A DNA stretch of 63,054 nt, counting the filler, from Sluysia triapertura (taxonomy: Eukaryota), in assembly GCA_046118255.1 (NCBI GenBank). It is 5 parts of 5 records of this genome, joined end to end, with 100 filler letters (N's around TTAATTAATTAA, not from the genome) between each part and the next. Parts side by side here need not be neighbours in the genome. Positions count along the whole stretch, not along the records: positions 1 to 11,677 come from JBJNIA010180806.1; 4 more parts are not named here. One strand, written 5' to 3'. Of this stretch, positions 1 through 11,777 are shown piece by piece. The notes beneath the pieces were generated by a model, which ran no database searches, was not told where the DNA came from, and saw only the letters and a list, made by a program, of their open reading frames with translations. Each line of letters starts with the position of its first letter. The first letter of the stretch is position 1. A program made the position numbers and the translations under genes.

Positions 1-1677
1 TATAATTTTTATGGAATATTTTATATGAATTATTATTGAATTATATGGATTATATTTACGCTTATGAGAATTATAAAATTCTTTATGGAATATTTAGAAG
101 TATGATTTTTATTATAAATTCTTAGTTTAATTTTAAGTTTTATTACGTATTAAATTAACGTGATTAATAGAAAATTGAATTAAATTATTTTAAAATTAAA
201 ATTTTAAAAAATTAAATTTGTTTAAAATGCAACCAATGATAATCAAAGTTACTATTTAAATAACACAATTTTGTTCACCAACTCGCACAAAAAAAGAGAT
301 ACACACATTAATACACATATTTTGACAATTGTAAATTTATTATCAGTTTCTTTCTTTAATAGTTGTTACAAGTCTCTTGGAGACAATTCAATTTTCTGTT
401 GTTTGACAAAGTTATTAGAAGATATTTTATTTTGATTTAAAGGATCACGTTAGTTTAATTATTTTAAGATTTGATATATTTATATCACACGTAAAATCTA
501 CGAAAAATCTTTTTAATCATTTTAGGATCTTTTATTATTCATTAACTCAAAGAGTTAATTAGTGTAAATTATTATTCTTATTATTTGCCATTTGTACACA
601 TCTAAGCAAACGATTCTAAATAAATCTCTTTGTTTACAATTTACATAGTTTTAATTATAAAATTTATCACTTAGAAAAGTTTTCCCAAAGTTAGAATTTA
701 AATCTAACAACGCAAAATAAATTATAGATTCCATTTCAAGGAATCCACGAAAAATCACCCAATTAACATTATTGTTACTTTTGATAAAATAATTCAATTA
801 ATATTTCTGACTTACCTCCAGACAGTTAAAAGTATAATTAAGCATTGAGGTCCTCGAGAATTTTTTTTGAACATCACTTAAGACTTTTTGATTTACAAAA
901 TCCAACGACTGGCCTTAACCGGTAAGCCCAGTACGTTGGTGAACTCACGTAAAATTAGCACTTTATTCTATTACTTTACTTTAAATATTTTCTCACAATA
1001 ATAATGATAATAATATTGATAATATTGATAATAATAATAATCAAAATAGTAATATTAATAATAATAAATTCATTTTAATACTGATACTATGTCCAGAAAA
1101 TCCTCGCTAGACGAGACACTGAATCAAGTCTATTTAAATAAGAATTAGTAACGTAGTAAAAATACAAAAGCCACTATGTTATCTTTGCCAATAGCTACGG
1201 AAGTAGTTGCTGGACTAGAGTAATTTCTTTTATACTGAAGTCAGATTTATTTATTTTATCTTTGTGAATGCGACTGAAGATTGAATTTTGTTTTTAAAAT
1301 GTCCAATTATCAAATATTTTACGAAGACTCGAGTTGTGCTATTGTAAATTGCAGAATATTGGAGACTTGCATAATATCTTGAATTATCTTCATTTGTCGT
1401 TATCGAACTGCATCCTTACATGAGTATCGCTAGTAGTATTACAATTGACTTCTAAGAAGAACAAGAAAATCTTCACAACATGTCCTATTTTGAAAAGAAT
1501 AATCAAGGTATCAATCTTTGTGAATAAGAATATCATCTGCGATACTCATTTGAAACAATGATTGTTTCGAAAACAATGTCTAATAGACAACATTGTCTAA
1601 AACTCGCATAATGTCAGATTTAGATCTAAATTGTAGTATGAAGAATATTAAAAAATAGAGGTGAGGTCGAATTTATT

Positions 1678-1770
1678 AAACCTCCACGTACTGAAGCTCA
1701 TAAAATAGCAAGAATTAACTTTGTCGAAAATCATATTAATAACCACACTGACTGGACCAATATAATACGG
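1678..1770 (+). mobile_element. Tc1/Tc3-family transposase remnant
   Basis: Translates KPPRTEAHKIARINFVENHINNHTDWTNII, resembling the Tc1/Tc3 segment KPxLTxxHKxxRLxFA...W..VI that precedes the first catalytic Asp; flanks are disrupted. Confidence 0.65.
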
Positions 1771-2273
1771 TACTTGCGAGAATTTCCCACTGTCAATTTA
1801 TCCTATAACGATATTTCGGATGCGTTATTTATGTGAGAGTGGAACAAAGTTGAGTGCTGCGTATTCTTCGAATTACGTAAAATTGTTAAAGCCATTGTTT
1901 GAAGCTCGTACAAGATGGACCAATGAACAGCAAGGTACATTAATTTGTAATGTTGATGCAATTCTGACACTGCGATGTGGAATGAAAATATTAGTGACGT
2001 GGATTGTGTGTATATGAATCTATATCGTTTTGTTTTTTATTTAATAATGTGATAGATCGTCCATCGTAAAACACATTTTCCAATTGAACCGCCTTTTTAT
2101 TAACAGCGTTAAATAAATTTAACATTGACTGAAATTCGTGCCTGATTCTAATAATTGATCTTAAAGTTGAAATAAACCTTAGGCGTTCTTTTAGACAATG
2201 TAATATTTCATAATAAAAAATTAAATTTCTTTGTTATTAACTAATCAGAAATTGCAAATCCAATGTTACTCAC

Positions 2274-2423
2274 CAATGTTAAGTTGTTCTTCATCAGATC
2301 GTTTAAGTACTTTGGAGTTTTTATTATCAAAAGATAGAAGGACCACGATCGGGCAAAGTTAGCAACAATGATTGCATATACGGGCATGGAGGTGAAGATA
2401 CTTTTCCAAGGAATATCCATTTT
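2274..2423 (-). CDS. Vesicular glutamate transporter (SLC17/VGLUT, eat-4-like), single internal exon
   Basis: 150-nt phase-0 exon bounded by ttcag| and |gtgagt, encoding [50 protein letters not shown]; matches the VGLUT motif [25 protein letters not shown]. No other exons recognised. Confidence 0.9.
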
Positions 2424-2448
2424 CTGAATGAATATATAATTTATTAAA

Positions 2449-2452
<4 letters not shown>

Positions 2453-2507
<55 letters not shown>
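2453..2507. repeat. (AAT)n microsatellite
   Basis: Direct; produces the poly-Ile and poly-Tyr ORF artefacts. Confidence 0.97.
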
Positions 2508-2508
<1 letters not shown>

Positions 2509-3268
2509 TAGTTCAAGAAATATACATGAGATGTCAAGAAGAACCATAACCCATTCGCTGCCAACCACGAATATACTCGAAATACTTTCAATATATTATA
2601 TCGTTCAACTTGTGGAACCTACAAACCTTTATGGCACAAACATAAATACTCATACAAGTGTAAAAACTTGAAAAAAGGGCTACAAATAAATTGTTTTTAC
2701 AAAAATTCTACTTTATTTATTAATTTGTTATGTTTATTTCCCCAACTAATAACTTATTGATAGGTACTACTTCCCACTCTACAAAACTACACTGCCTAGA
2801 CTGATGAGAGAGATGTTGCACATAAACTCAGTTAGAGTCAAATTGTTCAATATTACATGATCCCGTTATCTGCTAAGACAAAATAGAATTTAGAGAAAAT
2901 TGTGCCCGTCTTTTAGTATTTTTATACTTTCATCTATTTGTGTGATTCATGATTTGTTTTTTTGATTCAACGTGTGTGCAAATAAGAGAAAGGATATCGA
3001 GTCCTGTTGCATTCATTCCCATTGCCGACCACACGAGTATATTCGTGTTTGATTTGTATACGTGTAAACAGAAATGGCGAAGCAACGAATGGATTAATTG
3101 GTCAATGACTATTATTAGTGTCATTGCAAAATATAAAATTTGTCTGTAGGAAATATAAAAATAATCTCCGAACACAAATTTTGACAAAAACTAAGTTGCC
3201 AAATATTTATATAAACCGCGATCTGTTGATTCCCAGCTTCAAATAACCTCTCATGTTTTTATAAAATG

Positions 3269-3500
3269 TTATAGCTGCTCAACAGCATTCTGAATTTCGG
3301 TTGCAATTGTTGGACTAGGTCTGATGGGCTTATTATATCTAGCCTTCATTACTCGAGAAAATTCTTCAATCGGTGTATAAGGTGGAAGGAATTTATAAAC
3401 AATTCTATTGGACGTCAAGCGACTCAAAACATATTGTCGATGATGGAATGGGCAATTGGAATCCATAACCAATAAATACACTGAAGTGCTTGAACTTATC
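3269..3500 (-). mobile_element. IS630/Tc1-type (DDE_3) transposase C-terminal remnant
   Basis: LVMDSNCPFHH...KFLPPYTPIEEFSRVMKARY resembles VMDNAPFH...FLPPYSPxLNPIE with a small internal deletion. Confidence 0.8.
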
Positions 3501-3559
3501 TCCATCATAAGCACCCTTTACCATTTGTCTTTATTCTCTTCTTGCATTATTATCTTATT

Positions 3560-3602
3560 GCATTTTTTATGCATTTTTTATGCATTTTTTATGCATTTTT
3601 AT
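3560..3602. repeat. 11-bp tandem repeat (TGCATTTTTTA) x4
   Basis: Direct. Confidence 0.9.
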
Positions 3603-3774
3603 AAAATGTTTTACATTTCCTAATCAAAAATTTTATATTTTGAAATCAAAAGTTTTATATTTCGTAATTGCACTATTACACTATATAAATGAATTATATA
3701 GCCACAGTTATCATGTAGAAGAAATTAACCATATTATTAGAAAACAATAGAATAAATAATAGAATTGAGAAAAT

Positions 3775-3890
3775 ATTGTACAAAGAGATAGTTTGCGATA
3801 TACAAGACGCACACTTAACAAGTGGACAAGATGATTCCATTAGAACAAATGTAACTAGGTTATAGATTGTATACAGTTTATGTTTCAAAA
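3775..3890 (+). mobile_element. Possible KRBA2/SCAND3 (Ginger2-like) integrase zinc-finger-region remnant
   Basis: KEIVCDIQDAHLTSGQDDSIRTNVTRL*IVYSLC loosely resembles EELFDILHDTHLSIGHGGRTRM...VTKEVIVLYLTLC; very degenerate. Confidence 0.3.
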
Positions 3891-3904
3891 ATATACAACC
3901 AGTA

Positions 3905-4015
3905 CTACCAGAGAATGTCAAATTACTGGAAGATTATGAAATATTTAAGAAAAAGACAGTTGTTTCTGTTTCAGAAATATTATGAAAGATTTATTCTAAG
4001 CGCTTTTGAGTAGAT
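3905..4015 (+). repeat. Dispersed repeat; inverted copy at about 39675-39788
   Basis: aatgtcaaatt...gaagattatgaaatatttaagaaaaag...tttctgtttcagaaat...taagcgcttttgagta is present as reverse complement on contig 4. Confidence 0.85.
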
Positions 4016-6693
4016 ATGATATTATTATTATCATTATTATTACTATTACCATTATTATTATCAGTATTATTATTATTACTATTATTATCATTGTTATTAT
4101 TAATTAATTTTCATAAAAGAGCTTAATTAATTTTACCTTACAACAATAATTAGAATGAAAATTTTTGATATCGGTTTTGTTGAGTTTCAAAAATATATAA
4201 AATGAATAGATCAAGTTCCACTGCAACAATGAGTTTTGGATGGCGATCGGACTTATCCAAATTTGTCACATTTATTGCTAAATCGATTTCTATCTATTTG
4301 ATTTTTTACTTGTCAAATTATAAAAACTTTACACTTAATGTTCATTTTCTACATTTAGTTATAATAAATTATAACTTGAATAACTTATACATATTTAAAG
4401 TTTACATTCGTCAATTTTTTCTAATATCCTCAGCAAAGATTTCATTTCTCCTAGTTATACTAATTAAGCATTCCACAAACCTTTTTAGATTTATATTTTT
4501 TGCCTTCTAACTTTAGTTTTTCATTTGCATTCTAAAAATTATTTAAATGAAAATATTTACACAAACTCCATCAGAATCTGATTCCGATGATACATTCTTA
4601 GATCGAAGTTTATTGTGGTCATTCTACGAATTGGTAATTAAAATAAAAATATAAACCAATTTTGAAGAAACAGAATCATTATTCGAAATCATTTTAAATT
4701 ACTGAATTCAGTTTACTTTCGGATATTTTTGGTGGTGAAGAAAATTTATGTAATATCCTCAAATAAAAATAAAAATATTTTAATAAATTTAAAAAGTACA
4801 ATACGAAAAATATTATATCAAAAAATGTACTTTAGAAATATAAAATTATTAAATACAATTTCAACATAATGGATAAATTACGTAAAATATAGATTATTTT
4901 ATAAGCAATTTAAACAATGTATAATCTAAAATAATCTAAATTTATTTTGTAAATTTCCATATGTGGCATGACATTTTAGATCTAAATAAACTAATTGTCT
5001 AGAAAAATATACTATTTGAAGTTTAATGACAGTATTAAAAACAGATAATGCCTGAATAAATTCATAAAAAATCGATATACTAACTGCACAAATACAAGAT
5101 ATTGATGAAAGTGATTTGTACAAAATTATAAATTTAAAATACTTATGACAAAATACAAAAGAATGTGGCATAATTTAATTATTCACAATATCATGAATAA
5201 TTATTGAGATTGCGTGTGAAAATATCATTTACATTTTTTGCTTAATAGAAATGGATATTAATTTTTTCATAAATTCAAGAATGATCAAATAATAGTGGCA
5301 TTTTTGGAATTATCCTTGAAACCTTGATAAGCTTTAATCAAGTCAAAGAACAAATAGTTTGAGTTATTGGCCTCGATACATTGTTTGAGTTGAATTTGAT
5401 TATAAAATTTTTATCTGTGTTAGGATTATTTTTCTAATTACTTAATAAATTGTATGAAGTATAATGATCCGCCTATGATATATGGTTTAAACATAAGGTG
5501 ACATACTCATAGGTATAGCAATTATAAAATCTAAATCAAACCTCTCTACTTACGAATTAACCGTAAATAGTACTACATTTCTTGAAATCTCATTGTTCCC
5601 TATTCAAATTTACACTAGTCTTTAAATCAATCTTAATTTCCTTCAACAGATGAACCTTTTATTACAATTATCTCGATTAGGTCTTATTCAAGAACTCGAT
5701 TTTATTCAAGAACTCACAAGTCTATTCCACTTAAAATTCTACATAAATATCGATTCACCTAATCTAATATGGTAGCTCAGGTTTTACTTAATTCATAATT
5801 CTGATGAATTAATACTTTCAATACTGAATTATGTAAGTAATTTATTGAGATCTTCTGATAATAAATACAAAAAATATGTTTAAGAGTATGTCATGTAAAA
5901 CTGTTTACATATTCATTTTTTAATGAGACAATTTAATTTATTCTTATCAATACCTTTGATTAAAATCAATAACTTTTATTATTATAATAAAGAATTATAA
6001 CTTAATTATCAAGCCTTCTAAGTAATCACATAATTTAATCGAAAGTTATTATTTCTCTTTGCTAATCTTTAAAAGATTACGTATAATTAGTCTCTTCGAA
6101 TTAACTTTACATGAACTTTTAGATAGTTCTACTTCTATATATCTCACTCTATCTTTTTAGTTCACCTCAAATTACAAAATTAATTAAAGAATGAAATGCC
6201 TTGATATTTATTACCAATAAATATAAAAAATGATTATAACAATGATTAAGATGTAAGTAATAAATTATTGAACAACTAATATAATAATAATCAATTAACC
6301 TATTATCACTAGAATTGTTTCTATTATCTTTTCGAATTTTAAAACAAATTTGTGTTTAGCCTAAACTAAACTTTAAAAAAATTGTGATTTTAAATGAAAT
6401 ATTGTATTTCCTAACGAAATAAAACTTAGTATAAAAACTTACTGATGACTTAAATCTTTGAAGCATAAATCGAGTCAATAGAAATGAGTCACGAATGATT
6501 TAACATTAATGAAATTGATACTAATAAATCAAGTCGATGAATGACAAGCCTTTTGGTTAACGAATAACAAATAACACACTAAATTGAAATTGATACCAAG
6601 TCGATATATTCTTTATATTATCGCAAGATTATAACCAAATTACACTAACAACTCTTTATAGCAAAGAGAATACAAATTGTACATTATAACAAT

Positions 6694-6848
6694 TGTTGGG
6701 ATAGAGGCCTAAAGTGCCATTTAGTATAATTCATTATAATAATCTAAAATTGTTAGACGGGGCTGATATCTCAGTGGTAGAGCATCGAACTGCGCAGCAA
6801 GAGATCCTGGGTTAGATCCCCGGTCAGTCCATTTTGTGGAGTCTAACA
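6694..6848 (+). mobile_element. 155-bp TGTT...AACA element with 4-bp TSD (CAAT) carrying a tRNA-like cassette (copy 1)
   Basis: Starts TGTTGGG, ends GTCTAACA; CAAT at 6690-6693 and 6849-6852; homologous end to end with 31422-31578. Confidence 0.8.
6760..6831 (+). tRNA. Degenerate tRNA-Ala-like sequence (pseudo-tRNA inside the element)
   Basis: Acceptor stem GGGCTGA/TCAGTCC + A with G3:U70; A-box-like CTCAGTGGTAGAGC; mutated B box GGTTAGATCC; anticodon stem does not pair. Confidence 0.75.
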
Positions 6849-7341
6849 CAATAATCGTACAAATTATTCTTTATAACAATATAAATCACTCTTCAATGAC
6901 AAATATTAACCAGGTGTGACAAAACTTATTTAAATTTTCGCATCCGTATTAATGCAAATATAAACACTAAGAAAAATATTACTTACCTTTGTTCTAAAAA
7001 GAAAATGGTTTATTTTAGTTAATTACTACAGTTGAAAAGTAATTAAAACCATGTAAATGGTTATTTCTTCGTATTTCTCATTATTTTATCTTGATTTAAG
7101 TATTTTATATATTTATCTTACCATTACAGTTCATCATAATACCTCATCTTAATTTATTTAATAATGTCAGACTTATTCTGTTATCCTGAATATTGACCCT
7201 TACATCTACCTATGTCTTTCACCAATCCCAGCATTTAACATTACCACAATGAATTAATAATTATTCTTTTACAATTTTGTTTTGGAAAATGGAAAATAAA
7301 TATAAAATTTTAATATATTTTTATTCTTGTGTTTATATTCA

Positions 7342-7480
7342 GGCTTGCGCACTTACGGGCCGATGCATAGATGTCAGCATCAAAAGAAAATTGGAAGCAT
7401 TGGAAGTTAAAGAAATTTTTTTGGACAGCTTTTGATTATTGTTCTGTTAATGATTGCAAGATTTAGCCTCAAATTAGTTT
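7342..7480 (+). repeat. Coding-like repeated unit, copy 1 (others at about 7690-7790 and 11403-11580)
   Basis: Shared core gccgatgcata.atgtcagc...aaaagaaa; the best copy reads VLYDTGLIHRRADAYMSALKEMKVLEVER*. Confidence 0.75.
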
Positions 7481-8993
7481 AATTACGATCTAAAAGGATA
7501 TTGCAATTAAATTTTACATTTGTTAATAAATGTAACTTTTACTGCACTCACGAATTTTTCCTTTTTAAAATATACCTTTAATGTGCAATTAAGAATATAA
7601 CGTAAACTCAAATTTATGAAACTGTTGTTAATTTGTGCTTGTTTGCTACTTTGTTTTTTGCTTTTATATTTGTTAATATTTCTTATGTTAGTTCTCTATG
7701 ACATTGGACTTACTCACTAAAGGGCCAGCGCATAGACGGCAACATCGGAAGAAAAATAAGGATAATGTTGGAGGTCAATAATAAGTATGCTAGTCTATAA
7801 GACAATTATGATTTTATTTTTGATCTAAACTGATCCTTTCCTGATACGAAAGAACAACTTAAAGTTGTATACTTAAAAAATGAGATAATTAAATATTCAA
7901 ATTACAAATTTGAATTACAAATTTGCAACAATAAATATTTATTAAACAACAAATGAAAAAATGTTTAAATGGTTAATACACAATGCAATACATTTAACGA
8001 TAAAATAATGTTTTTACGAATATGATTAGACAATACGTATAATTACAAAAATACATTTAGATATATACTAATGCACAATAATAAGTATGTCTAGATAATT
8101 AGATATTAATTTCTTCGATTAATATTTCAAACAATAATTAATAAAGAAATTATTATTATGTAAAGAAGTTAATATTTTTTACTGAAATTTATGATTTTAT
8201 TTTAGTATATTTTATTCTTTTTAAAATGATTAAATCATAGTTTTATAAAACTAACGATTGTTATAAAAATTTTTGTAATGCAATAGGTTTAGTTCATAAA
8301 TTTGAGAAATTTGTTTTTCAATAAAATATTCTTCAGAGAGTTATCTTCTATAAAATTTGATAATTCTTTAATTATTACTTATTAAATTTATGAACTTGTG
8401 TTCTATTATTTATATTGTTTATAATTCTATTTATAACAATAATACAATAAAACAATATTAATCAATAATTTCACTTTTTTAATATTCTATTTCAATTTTA
8501 TTTATTAAAAGATTTATTCAATTAATTTAACAATTTCAATAATTTTTTCATTTTAATTTAGCAATTTATTTTATTAAAATTTTATTTTCAAAATGAGTAT
8601 ATTTTTACGTTTCAATTATAAATTTTAAAATATGTTTACTTATTATTATTAAATAAGACGAACGTCAATTTATGAAAATCAATCAATTTTTTTAAATTAT
8701 TTTTTATTATTATTTATTGTTATTTTTATCTTATAATTTCAGATTTAATGAGCTAAAACAGTTTAAGGTATAAAAATGATAACAATAATAATAACAATTA
8801 TTATTATTATCGCTATTAGCATTCGATAACGAGTTTTCCGGTTTTGTAAAAATTATAATATTTTACAATTTTTACCTACTTTTATTTATAAGTAGGTAAA
8901 TATAAACTAAAAATTAAAAAATATTTTTAGGATCTAAAAAATACCGAATAATTTTACATTAAACAAAGAATTATAATAGTGTTATAAATGTTA

Positions 8994-10380
8994 CTAATTC
9001 ATATCAGATGATAACAAAACATCTATCTCATCCCAATCAATGTAACTAGTACTGATTAAAGAAGCAGTTTCATTTTGATGCTCAAAAGTTACATCATCAT
9101 AAACTATTCTTTTTATGTGATCTGGCATTGTATTGGATCGATTAGTAAAGCTAATATCTGACGCAATTCCAGTGCTCATAAATCTCGATGAAGGATTTCT
9201 TTCATGCAAAATGGTAGGTTTATCTTTCTTCTGTAATTGAAGAGATTGTAACTGCTCTGCATATGATTTCGGTTTATGTGTAGATTTATATTTACGTACT
9301 CGATCTGGATTTTATAGGCGAATTTTGGAATACAAAGGTTGATAGACAATTTTGCGATATTTGGGACGATTGATTTCAGATTCTTGCTTAATACGAACGG
9401 AATTCAATTTACGCATTTGTTCTTGTAAAATATAGTCGATTGCTTTACGAGACACATCTCTATTATGAATTTTTCTAGAAACATAATTTTCAGAAGAGTT
9501 TTCCAAGACTTTATCAGCTAATTTCTTAGCGACATTCATTCTTGCTTCACTATTCTTTCGTTCAATAGTAGATCTTTGAGGTTTGTGTTCTCTAAATATT
9601 TTGGAACTGATTCAGATTATTGAGAGCGATTAGAAACTATTTTTCGTGGCTGTTATATTTATTTACTTCAGATTCTCTGTTACTATTTAAATTCAATTTA
9701 TTGATGTTTCTTTGAGAGTTTGATTGGTCTACATTGGATGTTTTATCTTTATTAAGCATGAAGCTGCTAAATGATTCAATTATACTGGTATCATTTGAGA
9801 ATATTTGAAAATATTATTCAAATTACAGTTGGTATTGATGATGGCTTACCTCTCCATGTAATATTCTGGTAGTTCGGTTTCAAGATCCGATATCTTTACT
9901 CGAACGTAAGAATTCGGGTTGGTACAATTCATATCATCTTGGTGTTCTTTACTTTGATGATTAAATGCGACGTCAGATCCTACAGATCTGCCTTTTGGAT
10001 TTTTCATGGTTTCATTATATTGTATCAAACTGACTCGTTTTCTATCCATAATATAAGTTCGTTTTGGTCTCGGGTTATAACGATAATCTAGATTATCCTC
10101 TAAATGCTTTTATCGGTGGTTTGATGTGTTTTTCACGTTTACCATTCGCTATTTCGCCAATTCGTGATAACCGAATTTTTTTGCATTTAAAACATTACAC
10201 AGATTTTCTTCGGTTGATAAGTTCAGATTTTGTGGAGGGTTCAATTTAAGGTCATTGTGCAATAAACCCTGAAATTGATTGTGAAGCGAACATGATGATG
10301 ATGAGGAATGCGACAATGATAAGGGGTTCGTAAATTGAGGTTGTGTTTTTAGTTGTGCTGGTAGAGGTGGAAGAGAATTA
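8994..10380 (-). pseudogene. Decayed gene for an unknown hydrophilic protein (~450 aa)
   Basis: ORFs 10149-10469, 9846-10049, 9312-9539 and 8994-9209 share one minus-strand frame, separated by isolated TAA/TAG stops and a frameshifted stretch at about 9600-9800; composition is coding-like. Confidence 0.6.
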
Positions 10381-10384
10381 ATGA

Positions 10385-10722
10385 TAAAAAATGAAGAAAA
10401 ACAAAGAAAAAAAATAAAAGGATAGATTAGTAATAAGGATAAAAGAAATAATAATAATAATGATAACAATTATGTGGTTATTACACTTGTTACGAAAATT
10501 GTTATAAAAGTTATTATTTGATATTTATATTATATAACAATAATGACTATAATTATTATATATGTATTTTGTTTAATACGATGTGAATTGTAATAATAAT
10601 AGATGTAGTTCAAGATAATTAGGTGCGATGATCATGTTTGTTTTTTGAATGAGTTTAGTAATTCGTTTAATAGTCTGTGTACATGTGAAGTGTTTTTATG
10701 TGATGAAGTATGATGAATTTTT
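10385..10722 (-). repeat. Dispersed ~340-bp repeat; inverted copy at 27869-28210
   Basis: ctgtgtacatgtgaagtgtttttatgtgatgaagt and its flanks match the reverse complement of the contig-3 copy. Confidence 0.9.
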
Positions 10723-11677
10723 TTGTGTGGTGAATTCCCTACACATCAATTTGGATTTTTTGGACATTCTAATTTCCATGATATCGGTAAATTGTTTTTT
10801 ATAAGGTATCTTCCCGGAGAAGATAAAAATATTAAAATCAACTCAAAATATTTCTTTAATTAATTTTATATCCTCGATATATATGAAGAAGAATTTTCAT
10901 TAAATTTGTAGCTTAAAATCAAATATTTGCAAAAATTTTTGATTGTAAATTATGTCATTATTATATTGCTTAAACCATTTTATTTTTAATAATAAAATTG
11001 ATCTTTGTCAATTATTTACTGATAAATAGATTTAAGATCCCCTAAACGTCTTAAAAGTAATATCAAGTGAGTTAAGTACGATTTTTCATTTATAAGCTAC
11101 AGAGGTACCAACTATTAGTTGTAAGACGCTTACCGTAGCCGGACCCTGCTCAATTTTATTTTGCAGTAGGTTAAGCATTAAGAAAAACCACAGCACTATG
11201 CACTGTGTTATATATGTATTTGTATATTTATGAAATTATAAAAATATTTTATTATTATATGTATTTGATATTCATGAAAATACAGTATTATTAGTTTTAT
11301 TTTATCAGTTTTAGTTTTTATTATTGTTTTATTTATTATTGTGAGAATTTGATTTGAAAATTAAAATTTTAATATATTTTTAGTTATGTATTTCTATTTG
11401 TGAGTCCTCTATGACACCGGGCTTATACACCGAAGAGCCGATGCATATATGTCAGCGTTAAAAGAAATGAAAGTACTAGAGGTTGAAAGATAATTGTTGA
11501 TTGATTTTAATTTCGCTAATTATAGCACTTTTACTTGTTTTCAAAAGTTTATATTTGATCTAAATAGACCTCAAATTGGATTTAAATTAGTTATTATTGA
11601 TGGGTTCTTTTCTAACCTAAAGATTTACCTACAGCAAAAATAATTAATATTTATGAGTCCGTTTACAGTATACGACT

Positions 11678-11777
11678 NNNNNNNNNNNNNNNNNNNNNNN
11701 NNNNNNNNNNNNNNNNNNNNNTTAATTAATTAANNNNNNNNNNNNNNNNNNNNNNNNNNNNNNNNNNNNNNNNNNNN
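11678..11777. other. Artificial contig-joining spacer (44 N + TTAATTAATTAA + 44 N)
   Basis: Exactly 100 bp; the core gives stops in all six frames; identical at all four gaps. Confidence 0.98.

Noticed and set aside
2241-2591. ORF-track proteins with poly-I, poly-Y or poly-L runs (also 21030, 23338, 25032, 50667)
   Set aside because: Products of (AAT)n microsatellites and low-complexity DNA.
2930-3187. ILVWSAMGMNATG resembling the Tc1 VMVWG motif
   Set aside because: Single weak motif, in the wrong order relative to the adjacent DDE remnant.
6760-6831. Functional tRNA-Arg(GCG) or conventional tRNA-derived SINE
   Set aside because: Anticodon stem unpaired and B box mutated; the conserved 5' extension, TG..CA ends and lack of a tail argue against a SINE.
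8994-10469. In-frame TAA/TAG between colinear ORFs suggesting stop-codon reassignment or readthrough
   Set aside because: The region also has frameshifts, ECI2 ends at TAA at the expected position, and intact exons contain no internal stops; ordinary pseudogene decay explains it.
11722-11733. TTAATTAATTAA palindrome recurring four times at 12-14 kb spacing
   Set aside because: Artificial six-frame-stop linker inside N spacers; any synteny across these points is meaningless.
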